This document shows, piece by piece, positions 1-11,287 of a stretch of 64,000 bases of DNA. Numbering within the stretch: position 1 is the stretch's first letter; the number at the start of each line of letters is the position of its first letter. The stretch comes from an uncultured Gammaproteobacteria bacterium (lineage in GTDB: Bacteria; Pseudomonadota; Gammaproteobacteria; UBA9214), in the NCBI GenBank assembly GCA_963701505.1, contig CAVOZZ010000004.1, positions 160,472 through 224,471 on the forward strand. The letters are read 5' to 3'. The notes under the pieces are model-generated. The model worked only from the letters and a program-made list of their open reading frames with translations. It was not told where the DNA came from and did no database searches. Position numbers and translations under genes: made by a program.

Positions 1-179
1 GTGGCAAGCGTGACGAGGCCCAGCAGGAGGCCATGGCATTCGCCAGGGACGTGAGCCACAACCCGTCCATGCGCAAGATGCAGGAATGCGGCAAGATGAT
101 GGCTGGTATGCCCGGTATGCCGACCATTCCTCAGGGTGCCTCAAGCGAGGATGACAACCGGCATATCTGTGACCAGTGA
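1..179 (+). CDS. 3' end of an unidentified protein (partial at window edge)
   Basis: Frame 3 is open from the window start to TGA at 177-179 (...MRKMQECGKMMAGMPGMPTIPQGASSEDDNRHICDQ*). No family recognised. Confidence 0.35.
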   Translation, partial: GKRDEAQQEAMAFARDVSHNPSMRKMQECGKMMAGMPGMPTIPQGASSEDDNRHICDQ

Positions 180-411
180 GCGTTAGCCGTATCGCACTTG
201 CTTGTGTGGTATGTCTGTATAAACGTCTGATGGGCCACAGAAGCACCGGGAAAAACACAGCTGGATCACTAACAACTTCTCTGCCTTCTGTGTGCTTTCT
301 TAGCGGGTTGTCAGGATCATGGCTTAAACAGGTACCATCTACTTTCGCCCGTTTTTTTGGTGTACCGGGGTAATGGCACGTTGACCAGCAGATTTATCCC
401 GTTCATGGACC

Positions 412-2032
412 ATGTCAAACAGTCAGCCTGACTATCTGTCCACCCGTAATTACGGGACCTATGCGTTGATCACGCTGGTAATGGTCGGCGCCATGCTGGC
501 ATGGCATGCCTGGAAGAGCACCGGTAACTTCAGGGAATACCACCGTCAACTGGCCATGACCTCGGTCACCGGTGCTGCGGACGAACTGGACTTCCTGCTC
601 AGTGAATTACAGCGCTCCATGCGGTTGTTTGCGTATGACAAGCGCGCACTGCTGGAGGAGGTCGCCAGTGATCCGGACAATGATGCGGTATGGGCACGGC
701 TGGAGAACACCGTGCAGGCCCATTTCCCGGGATATTACGGCCTGACACTCACAAACCGTGGTGGCGATGTCATGCGACCGGACTTCGATAACGAGGTTGA
801 TGAGCTGTGTCAGCGTGACATACACACCTTTATTGAGGATGGCTACTCGCAGCAGGGGTATATCCACCCGAACCCGATGGGCTATCACTTCGACGTCATG
901 GTGCCCTGGGGGGATACAGAGAACCCGCAAGGTGTCTTCTTTCTCAGCTTCCCTCCCGATATACTGGCCCACACCCTGCAGCGGATCCAGGCGCCGGGGC
1001 ATGCGCTGATGCTATTGCGGACCGACGAGGTAGACCTGATCGAGGTGACCGGCGAGGGTACACGCACGGAACTGCAGCGGGACTTTACCCTGAGCAGCGG
1101 TGAACTGGCACGCATCCTTCATGCACGCGCCATTCCCAACAGTCGCTGGGATCTTGTGGATCTGCCCGATAAGCAACTGTTTCGCAGCGAGGCGCTTCGT
1201 AATGCCGGCTATGCCGCCGTCGTCTTCTGCGCCTTCGCAGCCGTCGGCCTGTTGATGCTGCAGCAACTCAAGCGCAAGGACAAACGCCGCCTGCAGGCCG
1301 AGGAACAGGCACTGCAGCACCAGGCCGACCTTGCCCATTTCGATCGAATCAATATCATGGGGGAAATGGCCTCCGGGCTGGCCCATGAACTGAACCAGCC
1401 GTTATCCGCTATTTCCACCTACTGCCAGGCCGGACTGCGCATCATCGACAGCTTTGACGACAAGCCTGCCAAGCTGGTGCACGCCCTCGAACATGCCTCC
1501 ATGCAATCACAGCGTGCCGGCGAGATTATCCGTCGCATGAGACGCTTCACCGGCAAGAGCATGGTGCGGCGCAAGCCGATAGACATCAACCGGGTCATCA
1601 ACAATGCCGTGAGTTTTGTCGACGCGGAGCAAAAACGGAAAGGAATCAAACTGGTCCTCGACCTGGCAGACGGACTGCCAGCTGCCATTGCCGATGAGAT
1701 CCAGATTGAACAGGTCATCCTCAATCTGCTGCACAATGCCATCGAGGCCATGTTTTCCGGAAGCGAAAACACGCGCATACTCCGGGTCTCGAGCAAGCAG
1801 ATCACCGGTGGACACCCTGCAGGTAACCGTTAATGACACCGGCCCCGGCCTGGATGCAACCATGCTTGATCATATTTTTGATACTTTTTATACAACCAAA
1901 AAGAGCGGCATGGGGCTGGGTCTGGCCATCAGTCGCTCCATTGTCGAGGCACACGGCGGCCAACTCTGGGCAGAAACCACGCCGGGTGCAGGGGCTACCT
2001 TCCACTTCACGCTTTCTGCAGCTGCGGCATGA
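412..2032 (+). pseudogene. Sensor histidine kinase (FixL/DctB-like HisKA + HATPase), reading frame broken once
   Basis: ORF 412-1833 has N-terminal hydrophobic segments, the H-box 'EMASGLAHELNQPLSAISTY' and the N-box 'LNLLHNAIEAM'. The rest of the ATPase domain ('VNDTGPGLD...TTKKSGMGLGLAISRSIVEAHGG') continues in another frame (ORF 1616-2032). The frame switch is near 1795-1812. The stop at 2030-2032 overlaps the ATG of the response regulator (ATGA). Confidence 0.8.
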
Positions 2033-2652
2033 CTGTCCAGCAACCCACGGTATTCCTGGTCGATGACGATGATGCCGTCCGTGATGCACTGGAATTACTG
2101 CTGGACTCCGCGGGTCTCAGCTCTGCGGCCTACCCGTCTGCTGCAACCTTCCTTGCAAATTATGACCCGGACCGTCCCGGTTGCCTGGTGCTGGATATTC
2201 GCATGCCGGCGATGAGCGGCATGGAACTACAGGCGGCACTGGCGGAAAAATCGGTGACCATTCCCATCATCTTTCTCAGCGGCCATGGCAATGTGTCCAT
2301 GTCGGCAAAGGCATTCCGCAGCGGTGCTGTGGATTTCCTGGAGAAGCCGTTCGATGAGAATGTGCTGCTGCAACGCATTGAGGAGGCGATTCGACTGGAC
2401 CAGTCAAGTCGGGATGCGGTAGCACGCCAGGTCGAGGCGAACAACCGGCTGGCAGCGCTGACACCGAGGGAATGTGAAGTCATGCTGCTGGTCGTCGCCG
2501 GCCATGCCAATAAGGAAATCGCGAGAAAACTGGAGCTCAGCATCCGTACCATCGAAACCCACCGTGGACACATCATGGAGAAGACCGGCGCGCAGTCGCT
2601 GGCGGACCTGATCGAGCTCGCCCTTGCGAGCGGCACCCACGCGCTCAAATAG
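2029..2652 (+). CDS. Response regulator, receiver + LuxR/FixJ-type HTH
   Basis: Receiver motifs are present ('VFLVDDDD', 'LVLDIRMPAMSG', 'LEKPF'). The C-terminal HTH is 'LTPRECEVMLLVVAGHANKEIARKLELSIRTIETHRGHIM'. It is translationally coupled to the upstream kinase. Confidence 0.9.
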   Translation: MTVQQPTVFLVDDDDAVRDALELLLDSAGLSSAAYPSAATFLANYDPDRPGCLVLDIRMPAMSGMELQAALAEKSVTIPIIFLSGHGNVSMSAKAFRSGAVDFLEKPFDENVLLQRIEEAIRLDQSSRDAVARQVEANNRLAALTPRECEVMLLVVAGHANKEIARKLELSIRTIETHRGHIMEKTGAQSLADLIELALASGTHALK

Positions 2653-2776
2653 CAGTTCGTCATCCGCTCCGGCGTACGTAGTAACACGGATGTTCAGCAA
2701 CCGGGAAAACCGATATGGTGGCATTGCTGGAAAAACCACGGGCGATTCAACCCACAAAAAGGATACGTGGCGTACC

Positions 2777-3151
2777 ATGAACGTAAAAAAAGCACCTCGC
2801 AACCAGGTGACCGAAAGGCTAACGGAAGACCTAACGGCCTCCCTTGCAGAGGCATCTCCCCTGAGCAGCTCTATTGCTACACCCGGACAGTCCGCCAATG
2901 GACCCGCCAAGGTTCAAATTCGGATCCACAGGGAAGGGTTGCTGATTGCAAAATGTCACGCCATTGGCCTCGCACCGTCACGGCTGCTTGTCACGATCGA
3001 TCCCCTGCACTACCCGGTCGACTCCCGACTGGAAATCGAGTTTGTCAACAATGTGGACTCACACGCCAAACCCGTGCGTCTGTCCGCAACCGTAGCGAGC
3101 CGCTCAATAGAGGGCATCGTACTGAAGGTTGATCCCGCGCCGCTCTCCTGA
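2777..3151 (+). CDS. Small hypothetical protein, possibly a PilZ-like beta-barrel lacking canonical c-di-GMP motifs
   Basis: ATG at 2777 within ORF 2624-3151. The alternating beta-strand pattern 'VQIRIHREGLLIAKCHAIGLAPSRLLVTID...RLEIEF...VRLSATVASRSIEGIVLKVD' is reminiscent of PilZ. RxxxR and D/NxSxxG are not intact. The family call is weak. Confidence 0.35.
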   Translation: MNVKKAPRNQVTERLTEDLTASLAEASPLSSSIATPGQSANGPAKVQIRIHREGLLIAKCHAIGLAPSRLLVTIDPLHYPVDSRLEIEFVNNVDSHAKPVRLSATVASRSIEGIVLKVDPAPLS

Positions 3152-3199
3152 CGCCCCGCAAATCTCTCTCCCGTAACACAGATAGACTGTCACGCGCGA

Positions 3200-4825
3200 C
3201 TACTTGCGACTGACATCAAAATGATCGAATGCCCAACTCAGCACAGGCAACAGCAGTAGCGCCAGCAGCACGAGTGAACACCACGCCACGACGGCAAAGG
3301 CAGGCCATGATCGATCCGTGGCATCCAGCACCAGCTTGCCGGCAGTCGCCGCCAGGCCACAGGCACCAAAGAGTAGCGATGTCTTTACCGCGAACTCGAC
3401 CAGGGTGCGTCCGAGGAAGTCGAAATCAACCCGTCCCACCGGGACCAGCGGTGTCGGAAATAACAGAAATATCAGGTTTTCGAGGCTATACAGCAGCACG
3501 TTGAAGGGTACGATGAACGGCATCATGGCGACGCTAATGATGCGCGCAACACCGTCCAGACACATCGCGACACTGCCGAGCAGCAGGCATTCAATCAGAC
3601 TGCTGAGCAAGACCGGCGCAAGCAGCTGACCGGCGCTGATCTTCCAGGACCGCAGCGGCAATGCCTTGAAAGCTTCCATATTGTCCAGATCACTGCGGAA
3701 ATCGAATACCAGCGTCCGCGGCAGCACATAGACGGCTGCAAAAAACACAAAGCCGATGCGCGACCACAGGGATATATCTGCACTGGCAATCACCAGGAAC
3801 GGTCCACCAAGCAGCGCGACAGCCAGGAACACCAGCACGGCCTTGCGGGAACTGCGCAACGCTGTCAGCAGTTGCCGCCAGGCAATCGGGCCGATGCCGC
3901 TGATCACCGGGGGCTGCCTGGAGGAGCGTACCTCGACCGGTTGCGCCCCCCACAGCAGGCCGCTGCGACGAGCCCGTATCCAGCGCTTGTGCAGCGCCAG
4001 GCTTGCAGCAATGGACGTCTCATAGGAATAACGGTCCAGCAGGATAATGCCGGCGAACAGACCGGCGTTGACGGCAACACCGAGCGTTGCCCAGCGCAGT
4101 AAATCGGGGTACATCGATGGCGCCAGAAAGATCTGCACAAACACGTCAAACGGTGCCAGCAGCAGGGTACCTGCGAGGGAAGACTGGAACCGGGCGAGTG
4201 CACCGCCCAGGCCACTGCCGACACTGGAAAAATACCAGACCAGCACAGCGATCAGCGCTGCCAGTAGCAGCATGACGTGCTTGCGTCTCAGTTGCATAGA
4301 GCGATAGCCTGCCAGCCACTGGCCAAGCAGTCCGATCACCGCGCTCGACAACTGGATAAACAGCAGGGTCAGAAAGGCACCCGCAAAGGCAGCCACCGGC
4401 ATGGATGTGAATGGCGGTAGCAGCAGCGTAATCAACAGGCTGCTCAATAATGCACCAAAGGCATAAAAGCACATTTTATACAGCAGCAGCGCGCGACGGC
4501 TGAACGGCGCACTGAACAGCAGGTTAATCTCGGACGGACTGAAGTGTATGGCAGGTCCCGGAGCCGTCAGCACTGTCAACAGGCAGGCTGCCAGCAAACC
4601 CGCCGGCATCCAGCGGGCCAGCTGTTCCCTGAGCAGTTCCGGTCCATCCTGTACTGTGCCGTCCAGCGGATTGGCAGGCAATGCCGTCTGCTTCATCAGC
4701 AGCACCAGGACAGCCACCGTCACGCACAGAAACAACAGGCCACGCAGCGTCTTCAGCTCCCGGAAGCGGTGACGGATACCACCCCGGAGGCGTAACAGCA
4801 GCAGTTTAGCAAGCATCGCATCCAA
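3200..4825 (-). CDS. Polytopic membrane protein, putative ABC exporter permease
   Basis: 541 aa and very hydrophobic, with many predicted TM segments. It starts 9 nt after the stop of the ABC ATPase gene. It resembles the 'putative ABC exporter' permease family (from memory, unverified). Confidence 0.7.
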   Translation of the reverse strand: MDAMLAKLLLLRLRGGIRHRFRELKTLRGLLFLCVTVAVLVLLMKQTALPANPLDGTVQDGPELLREQLARWMPAGLLAACLLTVLTAPGPAIHFSPSEINLLFSAPFSRRALLLYKMCFYAFGALLSSLLITLLLPPFTSMPVAAFAGAFLTLLFIQLSSAVIGLLGQWLAGYRSMQLRRKHVMLLLAALIAVLVWYFSSVGSGLGGALARFQSSLAGTLLLAPFDVFVQIFLAPSMYPDLLRWATLGVAVNAGLFAGIILLDRYSYETSIAASLALHKRWIRARRSGLLWGAQPVEVRSSRQPPVISGIGPIAWRQLLTALRSSRKAVLVFLAVALLGGPFLVIASADISLWSRIGFVFFAAVYVLPRTLVFDFRSDLDNMEAFKALPLRSWKISAGQLLAPVLLSSLIECLLLGSVAMCLDGVARIISVAMMPFIVPFNVLLYSLENLIFLLFPTPLVPVGRVDFDFLGRTLVEFAVKTSLLFGACGLAATAGKLVLDATDRSWPAFAVVAWCSLVLLALLLLPVLSWAFDHFDVSRK

Positions 4826-4834
4826 GGGTCGCCA

Positions 4835-5575
4835 TTACCCCGCTTCTGGCCCATCGTCATGAGTGATCGAAAAAAACACATCTTCGAGGGTGGTGTCATG
4901 CTTTGCCTCATCAAAGGTACGCAGCACATCATCCATGCGGCCGAAACATTGTGCCTCGCCGTGGTCGAGTACCAGCAGATGGGTGCACAGCGTTTCCACC
5001 AGGCCCAGCAGGTGCGAGCTGATAATGATGGCGGCACCCTGGCGGGCGCGTTCACGCATGGACTCCTTGATAGCACGAATGCCGGCCGGATCCAGACCGG
5101 TCAGCGGCTCATCGAACAGGATCACCTTTGGCTGATGCAGGTAGGCGCAGGCGATGGCGAGTTTCTGCCGCATGCCACGCGACAGGCCCTGCACGATGTG
5201 GTGACGTTTCCCTTCAAGATGAAAAAAGTGCAGTAATGCCATGGCGGCCGGTTTGTAATCAACGACCCCGTAGGCCGCTGCAATGAACTCAAGGTGCTCC
5301 CAGACCGTCAGGCTATCAAACAGCCGCGGATCATCGGGAATGTAGCCAAGCGCCTGCTTGGCCGCAATCGGATCACCGACAATATCGTGGCCTGCCACGG
5401 AGAGTTCGCCCGACCCGGGCGGGATGATGCCGGACAGGACCCGCAGTGTGGTCGTCTTGCCTGCGCCGTTCGGCCCGACCAGTCCCAGTATCTCACCGGC
5501 TTCAACGCGAAAGGATAAATTCCGTACCGCGACGAAATCGTTATAGGTTTTTGTAAAGTTGTTGACCTGAATCAT
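4835..5575 (-). CDS. ABC transporter ATP-binding protein (ABC-2/DrrA-like)
   Basis: Walker A 'GPNGAGKTT', signature 'LSRGMRQKL', Walker B 'VILFDEP' and H-loop 'ISSHLL' are all present. The start was chosen at 'MIQVNNFTKTY' (ATG 5575). The ORF is open up to an alternative ATG at 5626. Confidence 0.9.
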   Translation of the reverse strand: MIQVNNFTKTYNDFVAVRNLSFRVEAGEILGLVGPNGAGKTTTLRVLSGIIPPGSGELSVAGHDIVGDPIAAKQALGYIPDDPRLFDSLTVWEHLEFIAAAYGVVDYKPAAMALLHFFHLEGKRHHIVQGLSRGMRQKLAIACAYLHQPKVILFDEPLTGLDPAGIRAIKESMRERARQGAAIIISSHLLGLVETLCTHLLVLDHGEAQCFGRMDDVLRTFDEAKHDTTLEDVFFSITHDDGPEAG

Positions 5576-5653
5576 GGGATAAACCTTGCCATTCTCGATA
5601 TTCAGCAGCCCGTTTCCTGCCAGCATTTGTCCCTTGTTACATGCAATGACAGT

Positions 5654-8584
5654 TCAGTTCAGATACTGGGAGATATCCACTGCATCCAGTTGCTCGGGCT
5701 GCAGGTAGCTGCGGCCATATTCGAGGTAGACGCCACTGCTCAGAAACAGGTCGAACAAATCCGGGTCGATATGCTGCTCTTTCTTCATGTAACTCATGAT
5801 ACGAATGGCCTCGCTCAGCTTCTTGGCTTTCTTGTAGGGTCGATCAGAGGCAGTCAGCGCTTCAAAGATATCCGCCACGGCGATCATGCGGGCCAGCAAC
5901 GGCTGCTGCTCACGGCTAAGGCGTTTCGGGTAGCCGCTGCCATCCATGGTTTCATGGTGACAACCGGCAATCAGGGGCACGTCGCGCAGGTGTTTCGGGT
6001 AGGGTAACTTCTCCAGCATGATGATGGTCTGCATGATATGATCGTTGATCTTGTAACGCTCTTCAGCGGTCAGCGTACCGCGTCCTACTTCCAGGTTGTA
6101 GAGCTCCCCGCGATTATACTTGTACTCGGGTGTATCCATTTTGAATCCCCAGGGGTTATCGGCCGGCAACCTGTCAAGCGCGTCCCGTTCAATCAGGTGC
6201 TGTATCTTGTTATCCAGCAGCCTCTCGCCAACAGGCAGCGGGCTGGCCGGCACACGCTCCATGCGCTGTCGCTCCTCCCAGGAAACACCGATGCGGTCGT
6301 CCAGTGAGCGCATCCAGCTGTAAGCGGCAATCCGCTGCAGGCGCTCAAGCTTTTCAGGCGCCATGAACTCAGCGCCGAGATTACATTCTGCAACAAAGGC
6401 GAAGTCCTCATCCAGCTGACGTAACTGCTGCTGCAAGACCTTATCGAGACCCTGTCGATCACCACCGCCGGCGCATTGCTGCCAGTAGCGAATCTCGGCA
6501 TCACGCTTGAGCACTTCAAAGCGCATGCGTACTTCATGAATACGATCGTAGAGCGTTTCCAGCTTGGTCGCCTTGTCGACAACGTATTCCGGTGTCGTGA
6601 CCTTGCCACAGTCGTGTAGCCAGCTGGCGATATCCAGCGCCTCCCACTGCTTTGTATCCAGATTGAAATCCCTGAAAGGTGCTGCGCTGCTGTCGCAGGC
6701 AGCCTGTGCAAGCAAGCGGGTCAATTCCGGGACACGCTGGCAGTGTCCGCCGGTGTAGGGTGATTTGGAATCAATGGCGCCGGCAATGAGCTTGATGAAG
6801 GCATCCAGCAGTGCCTTCTGCATCATCAGCAGCTGCCGGCTCTCCAGCGAGACCGCGGCAAACCCGGACAGCGCACTGATAAAGGCGAGGTGATTGTCCT
6901 GTTCTCTGTCAACGCGCGGCACTGCCGAATCCCGGTATAGCAGACTCAGTACACCGATCATTTCCTCTTGTCGATTACGCAGCGGCAAGGCAACCAGGGT
7001 GAGCGAGTCAGCCTCCAGCAAAGCTGCCAGCGCGGCCAGCTTTCCCGGTGACTGCCGCGACAGCCGGAGAATGCTGCTGCCGGTCTTTTTCGTGGCGAGC
7101 GCAAGCTCATCCGTACCGGACAAGGCTATTTCTGGAAGCAGGCTCGCATCCAGGGTACCGCGCAGACTGTCAGTCAGGGTAGCAGGTTCCAGCAACTGTT
7201 CGTCTTCATTAAGCAGGTAAACCAGCACAGCATCGGCCTCGCCGATCGCCATGGTCTCCCGGCTGACCCTGCGCAGCAGGGAGTCAAAATCCTGCTCGCT
7301 TGCCAGTGAATTAATCAGCGTCAGGAAACGGTTGATGGTCGACTTCATCATGTCCATGGCCTGTGACAGCTCGTCTACTTCACTTATAAAGGAGCGCGTC
7401 TGTTTCGAACCAGTAAAGTCGAAGCGACTGATCTCCCCTGCCACCGTTGCCAGCCGGCGGATCGGGCCCGAGATCTTTTCGGCCGTGTACCAGACCACAG
7501 GAATCGCGAGCAGGATGATCAGCACCATGATCGTCACTGACTGCAGGCGAATGGCGACCGCATCGGCCAGCAGTTCATCCAGTGGTGACACCATCAATAC
7601 GTAGATTGGCCAAACACCGTCCCTGCTCACCTTGCGGACAGCGCCTTCCCACTTCCTGTTGTCAAAGCTGAACCGCAGTGACCGCGGCTGCAGCGGCAAC
7701 TCCTTGCCGAGGTAGTTCAATACATTACTGCCAAGCTCGGAGAGCTGTGCAATGCTTATTTCATTGCCGTCTGATACTTGCACCAGTTTTCCCGGGTCAG
7801 GGTATGCAATGGCTTGACCCTCGTCGCTGAACAGCACAATCTCCGAACCCGGCGTGATCCTGTAACGGCTGATGGTTTCCGACAGCTTCTCTAGTGTCAC
7901 ATCAGCAGCGACAACCACGCCGCTGTCTGCAACCTGCCTTGCCAGGGTCATACCCGGCAAGCGTGCAAAATAAAACAGGTAGGGCCGGGTAAGCACCAGT
8001 CCCCCGGCCGCCACTGCCTGGCTATACCAGTCCCGCAACCGTGGATCATAATCCGTGATCACGGCTTTGTTGCTGGCAATCTCCTGCATGCCGTCGTTGA
8101 AATAAATGCGCCTCAATTGCCGCCGCTTGTCAGCACCGGTATCGACGTGGTCCGCGACAAACATTGACTCCGCGGGTGCAGCAAACTGCTTGCGGGTCGC
8201 ATCGTCCGGCAAGGGCCTGAGAATAAAGAAATCCCCGTTAGGGTAGCCGACCTGCACGCCCGTCACCGACGGCCCGCTGCGCAGCACCTCCCTGAGCAGG
8301 TCAACGGAGTCGAGACGTGCCGCCAATGAGTCAGCACGGGTGATCGGCGTTAATGCCAGCAATCCGAGGGTGTCGCCGACGGGGCGATAGGTACCCTTGA
8401 TATCCAGCAACAACTCTGTGGCTACCTGGTCATACATCTTCTCTGCAGAGGAACGGATAATGTCGGATGTCTTGCTGTAATTCTGCCAGCTGAGCACGGC
8501 ACCGAGGAACACGATCAGGGTGATAAACAAGGCACTGATAGTAAGGTGCAAGGGATAGCGGGTTACTGATGCAGCAGTCTTCAT
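5654..8584 (-). CDS. Membrane sensor with periplasmic Cache-like domain, HAMP, GAF and C-terminal HD-GYP (c-di-GMP phosphodiesterase family)
   Basis: 976 aa. One TM segment lies near the N-terminus and a second lies around 'VTIMVLIILLAIPVVWY', followed by a HAMP-like segment. The HD motif 'WLHDCGKVTTPEYV' and 'IAGCHHETMDGSGYPKRL' (HHExxDGxGYP) are present. Confidence 0.85.
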   Translation of the reverse strand: MKTAASVTRYPLHLTISALFITLIVFLGAVLSWQNYSKTSDIIRSSAEKMYDQVATELLLDIKGTYRPVGDTLGLLALTPITRADSLAARLDSVDLLREVLRSGPSVTGVQVGYPNGDFFILRPLPDDATRKQFAAPAESMFVADHVDTGADKRRQLRRIYFNDGMQEIASNKAVITDYDPRLRDWYSQAVAAGGLVLTRPYLFYFARLPGMTLARQVADSGVVVAADVTLEKLSETISRYRITPGSEIVLFSDEGQAIAYPDPGKLVQVSDGNEISIAQLSELGSNVLNYLGKELPLQPRSLRFSFDNRKWEGAVRKVSRDGVWPIYVLMVSPLDELLADAVAIRLQSVTIMVLIILLAIPVVWYTAEKISGPIRRLATVAGEISRFDFTGSKQTRSFISEVDELSQAMDMMKSTINRFLTLINSLASEQDFDSLLRRVSRETMAIGEADAVLVYLLNEDEQLLEPATLTDSLRGTLDASLLPEIALSGTDELALATKKTGSSILRLSRQSPGKLAALAALLEADSLTLVALPLRNRQEEMIGVLSLLYRDSAVPRVDREQDNHLAFISALSGFAAVSLESRQLLMMQKALLDAFIKLIAGAIDSKSPYTGGHCQRVPELTRLLAQAACDSSAAPFRDFNLDTKQWEALDIASWLHDCGKVTTPEYVVDKATKLETLYDRIHEVRMRFEVLKRDAEIRYWQQCAGGGDRQGLDKVLQQQLRQLDEDFAFVAECNLGAEFMAPEKLERLQRIAAYSWMRSLDDRIGVSWEERQRMERVPASPLPVGERLLDNKIQHLIERDALDRLPADNPWGFKMDTPEYKYNRGELYNLEVGRGTLTAEERYKINDHIMQTIIMLEKLPYPKHLRDVPLIAGCHHETMDGSGYPKRLSREQQPLLARMIAVADIFEALTASDRPYKKAKKLSEAIRIMSYMKKEQHIDPDLFDLFLSSGVYLEYGRSYLQPEQLDAVDISQYLN

Positions 8585-8602
8585 AGGGTAACTAGCCGAA
8601 CA

Positions 8603-9628
8603 TCACTCGTGGACATTATTGAATGCAGGATAGCGTTGATTCAGCGTACCACTGGCGCGGCTGCCATCCAGCCCCAGCAAGCGCTCGGCGTTCAGCACTA
8701 CCAGCGGATAGTCTTCTCCCCGCACCCGGGCCACCAACCAGGGGCGCACAATCTTGAGCAGTTTCTGCAGTTCAACAAGCATCGGCAATGACAGTCGTAT
8801 CTCGACCCTTGCAGCCAGCATGACGCGTTGTGGCTCGTCTGCCGGTGCCGGCAGTACCTCCAGCATATCCCAGTTAATGCTCACACCTCGTTGCTGCTCG
8901 CGGGCTATTGCCCGTGCCAGTTCACCCAGCTCGGCAACCACCCGGCTGCAGGCCGCGCGTTTCTCGCCAAGACCCGACAGCTGCTGGAACTGGAATTCCA
9001 GGCCATCGTCCGTCATGCACACTGGCCCGGCATACTGGCTGAAACTCCAGTAGGCCGTTGTTTCAGCGCTAGCCGCTACTGTGCCCGGTATTGCACTACC
9101 ACCGGTTTCCAGGTCCGGCAGCAGGTCTTCACAAATATACAGGGTGCAGAAGCGTTCCAGGAGACGCTGTTCATAGACAGACTGCTGGCCGCTGATGGCC
9201 TCGGTCAGAATCACCGGTTGCCCTCCTACATAGACCTCTACAGTGTCATCCCTGGCAACGTTGATGCTGATCGGTGTCGCCGGGGTAATGGACTCGGCAA
9301 TCACGACAAGCTTGCGCGCATAGTCATCGACTGCCGCAGCCCACTGTGACACTTCACGCGCGCGGGCCGTGTTACGCGTTTCCGTGCGTGCCCGGGCAGC
9401 CTCCGCGGAATAGAATTCGGCCATCTGGGTGACCGCCAGCCATGCAAAATCCGAACGCATCGGCAGTGGCGACTCCTGCAACACCCTGGCCAACTGCACC
9501 ACGACCGAAGCCGCTGTCTGGTTTGCCGCGGCCAGGGCATTCGCCGGCAACGCTGCAAACGCCAGCACAACCGGAAGAATCCACATCAGGGAAGGACGCT
9601 TTTTAGTCAATCGCTGCGCGTATGCCAT
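8603..9628 (-). CDS. Secreted hypothetical protein (signal peptide, 5 Cys)
   Basis: Start chosen at 'MAYAQRLTKKRPSLMWILPVVLAFAALPANALAA' (ATG 9628). An alternative ATG is at 9586 and the ORF is open to 9727. No family recognised. It overlaps the 3' end of the thioredoxin gene and ends 18 nt before the HD-GYP start. Confidence 0.6.
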   Translation of the reverse strand: MAYAQRLTKKRPSLMWILPVVLAFAALPANALAAANQTAASVVVQLARVLQESPLPMRSDFAWLAVTQMAEFYSAEAARARTETRNTARAREVSQWAAAVDDYARKLVVIAESITPATPISINVARDDTVEVYVGGQPVILTEAISGQQSVYEQRLLERFCTLYICEDLLPDLETGGSAIPGTVAASAETTAYWSFSQYAGPVCMTDDGLEFQFQQLSGLGEKRAACSRVVAELGELARAIAREQQRGVSINWDMLEVLPAPADEPQRVMLAARVEIRLSLPMLVELQKLLKIVRPWLVARVRGEDYPLVVLNAERLLGLDGSRASGTLNQRYPAFNNVHE

Positions 9629-9977
9629 GCGTCTCCAGGAAATCGCGGATATACCGAAGCGGCCTTGAGCCGCTGAAACGCCCCAGTTCTTCACCCCTGT
9701 CAAGCAACAGCAGTGTCGGAAAGCCACGCACCCGGTATCGACCTGCCAGTTTCATATTCTCGCCTGCATCCACCTCGACTTTCGCCAGCCACAGGGCCCC
9801 GGCACATTCCTCGATTACACGCTCAAGGAGTGGTGCAATGAGCAGGCAGGGCGAACACCACTCTGCCCAGAAATCCACCAGTATCGGGTGATGTTGTGAT
9901 TGTTGCAGTACCTCGCGGTTGAAATCCTCATAGCTGACGCTACGAATCCACTGCTGCTTCAGGTCGTTTCCACTCAT
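9603..9977 (-). CDS. Thioredoxin-family protein (WCSPC active site)
   Basis: 124 aa with 'ILVDFWAEWCSPCLLIAPLLE' and the cis-Pro region 'VRGFPTLLLL'. No signal peptide. Confidence 0.8.
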   Translation of the reverse strand: MSGNDLKQQWIRSVSYEDFNREVLQQSQHHPILVDFWAEWCSPCLLIAPLLERVIEECAGALWLAKVEVDAGENMKLAGRYRVRGFPTLLLLDRGEELGRFSGSRPLRYIRDFLETHGIRAAID

Positions 9978-10174
9978 CCGTTTTTCTCAATCAGGGTGCT
10001 GGTAACGCTATTATGCCTTGTGCACGGTCATCGCGGGGCACTGTGACTGATTTGCCGGGCCGGGCATGCAGCCGGCCGCGAAACACAAATTTCCCGGACT
10101 TCATGGGCGCAGCGGGTGATTTTTCACGTAAAATGACGCCCTTCTTTCATGATACCCGCTGAGCGCCAAGCTGT

Positions 10175-11232
<1,058 letters not shown>

Positions 11233-11287
11233 CTGCAGTCATATCCCCGCCCTGACAACAACCACGAAGACTCACGGAGGAATTTAC

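Noticed and set aside
176-373. 65-aa ORF in the first intergenic region
   Set aside because: It has a GTG start overlapping the preceding stop, no recognisable family and odd composition. It is more likely the promoter or leader region of the histidine kinase gene.
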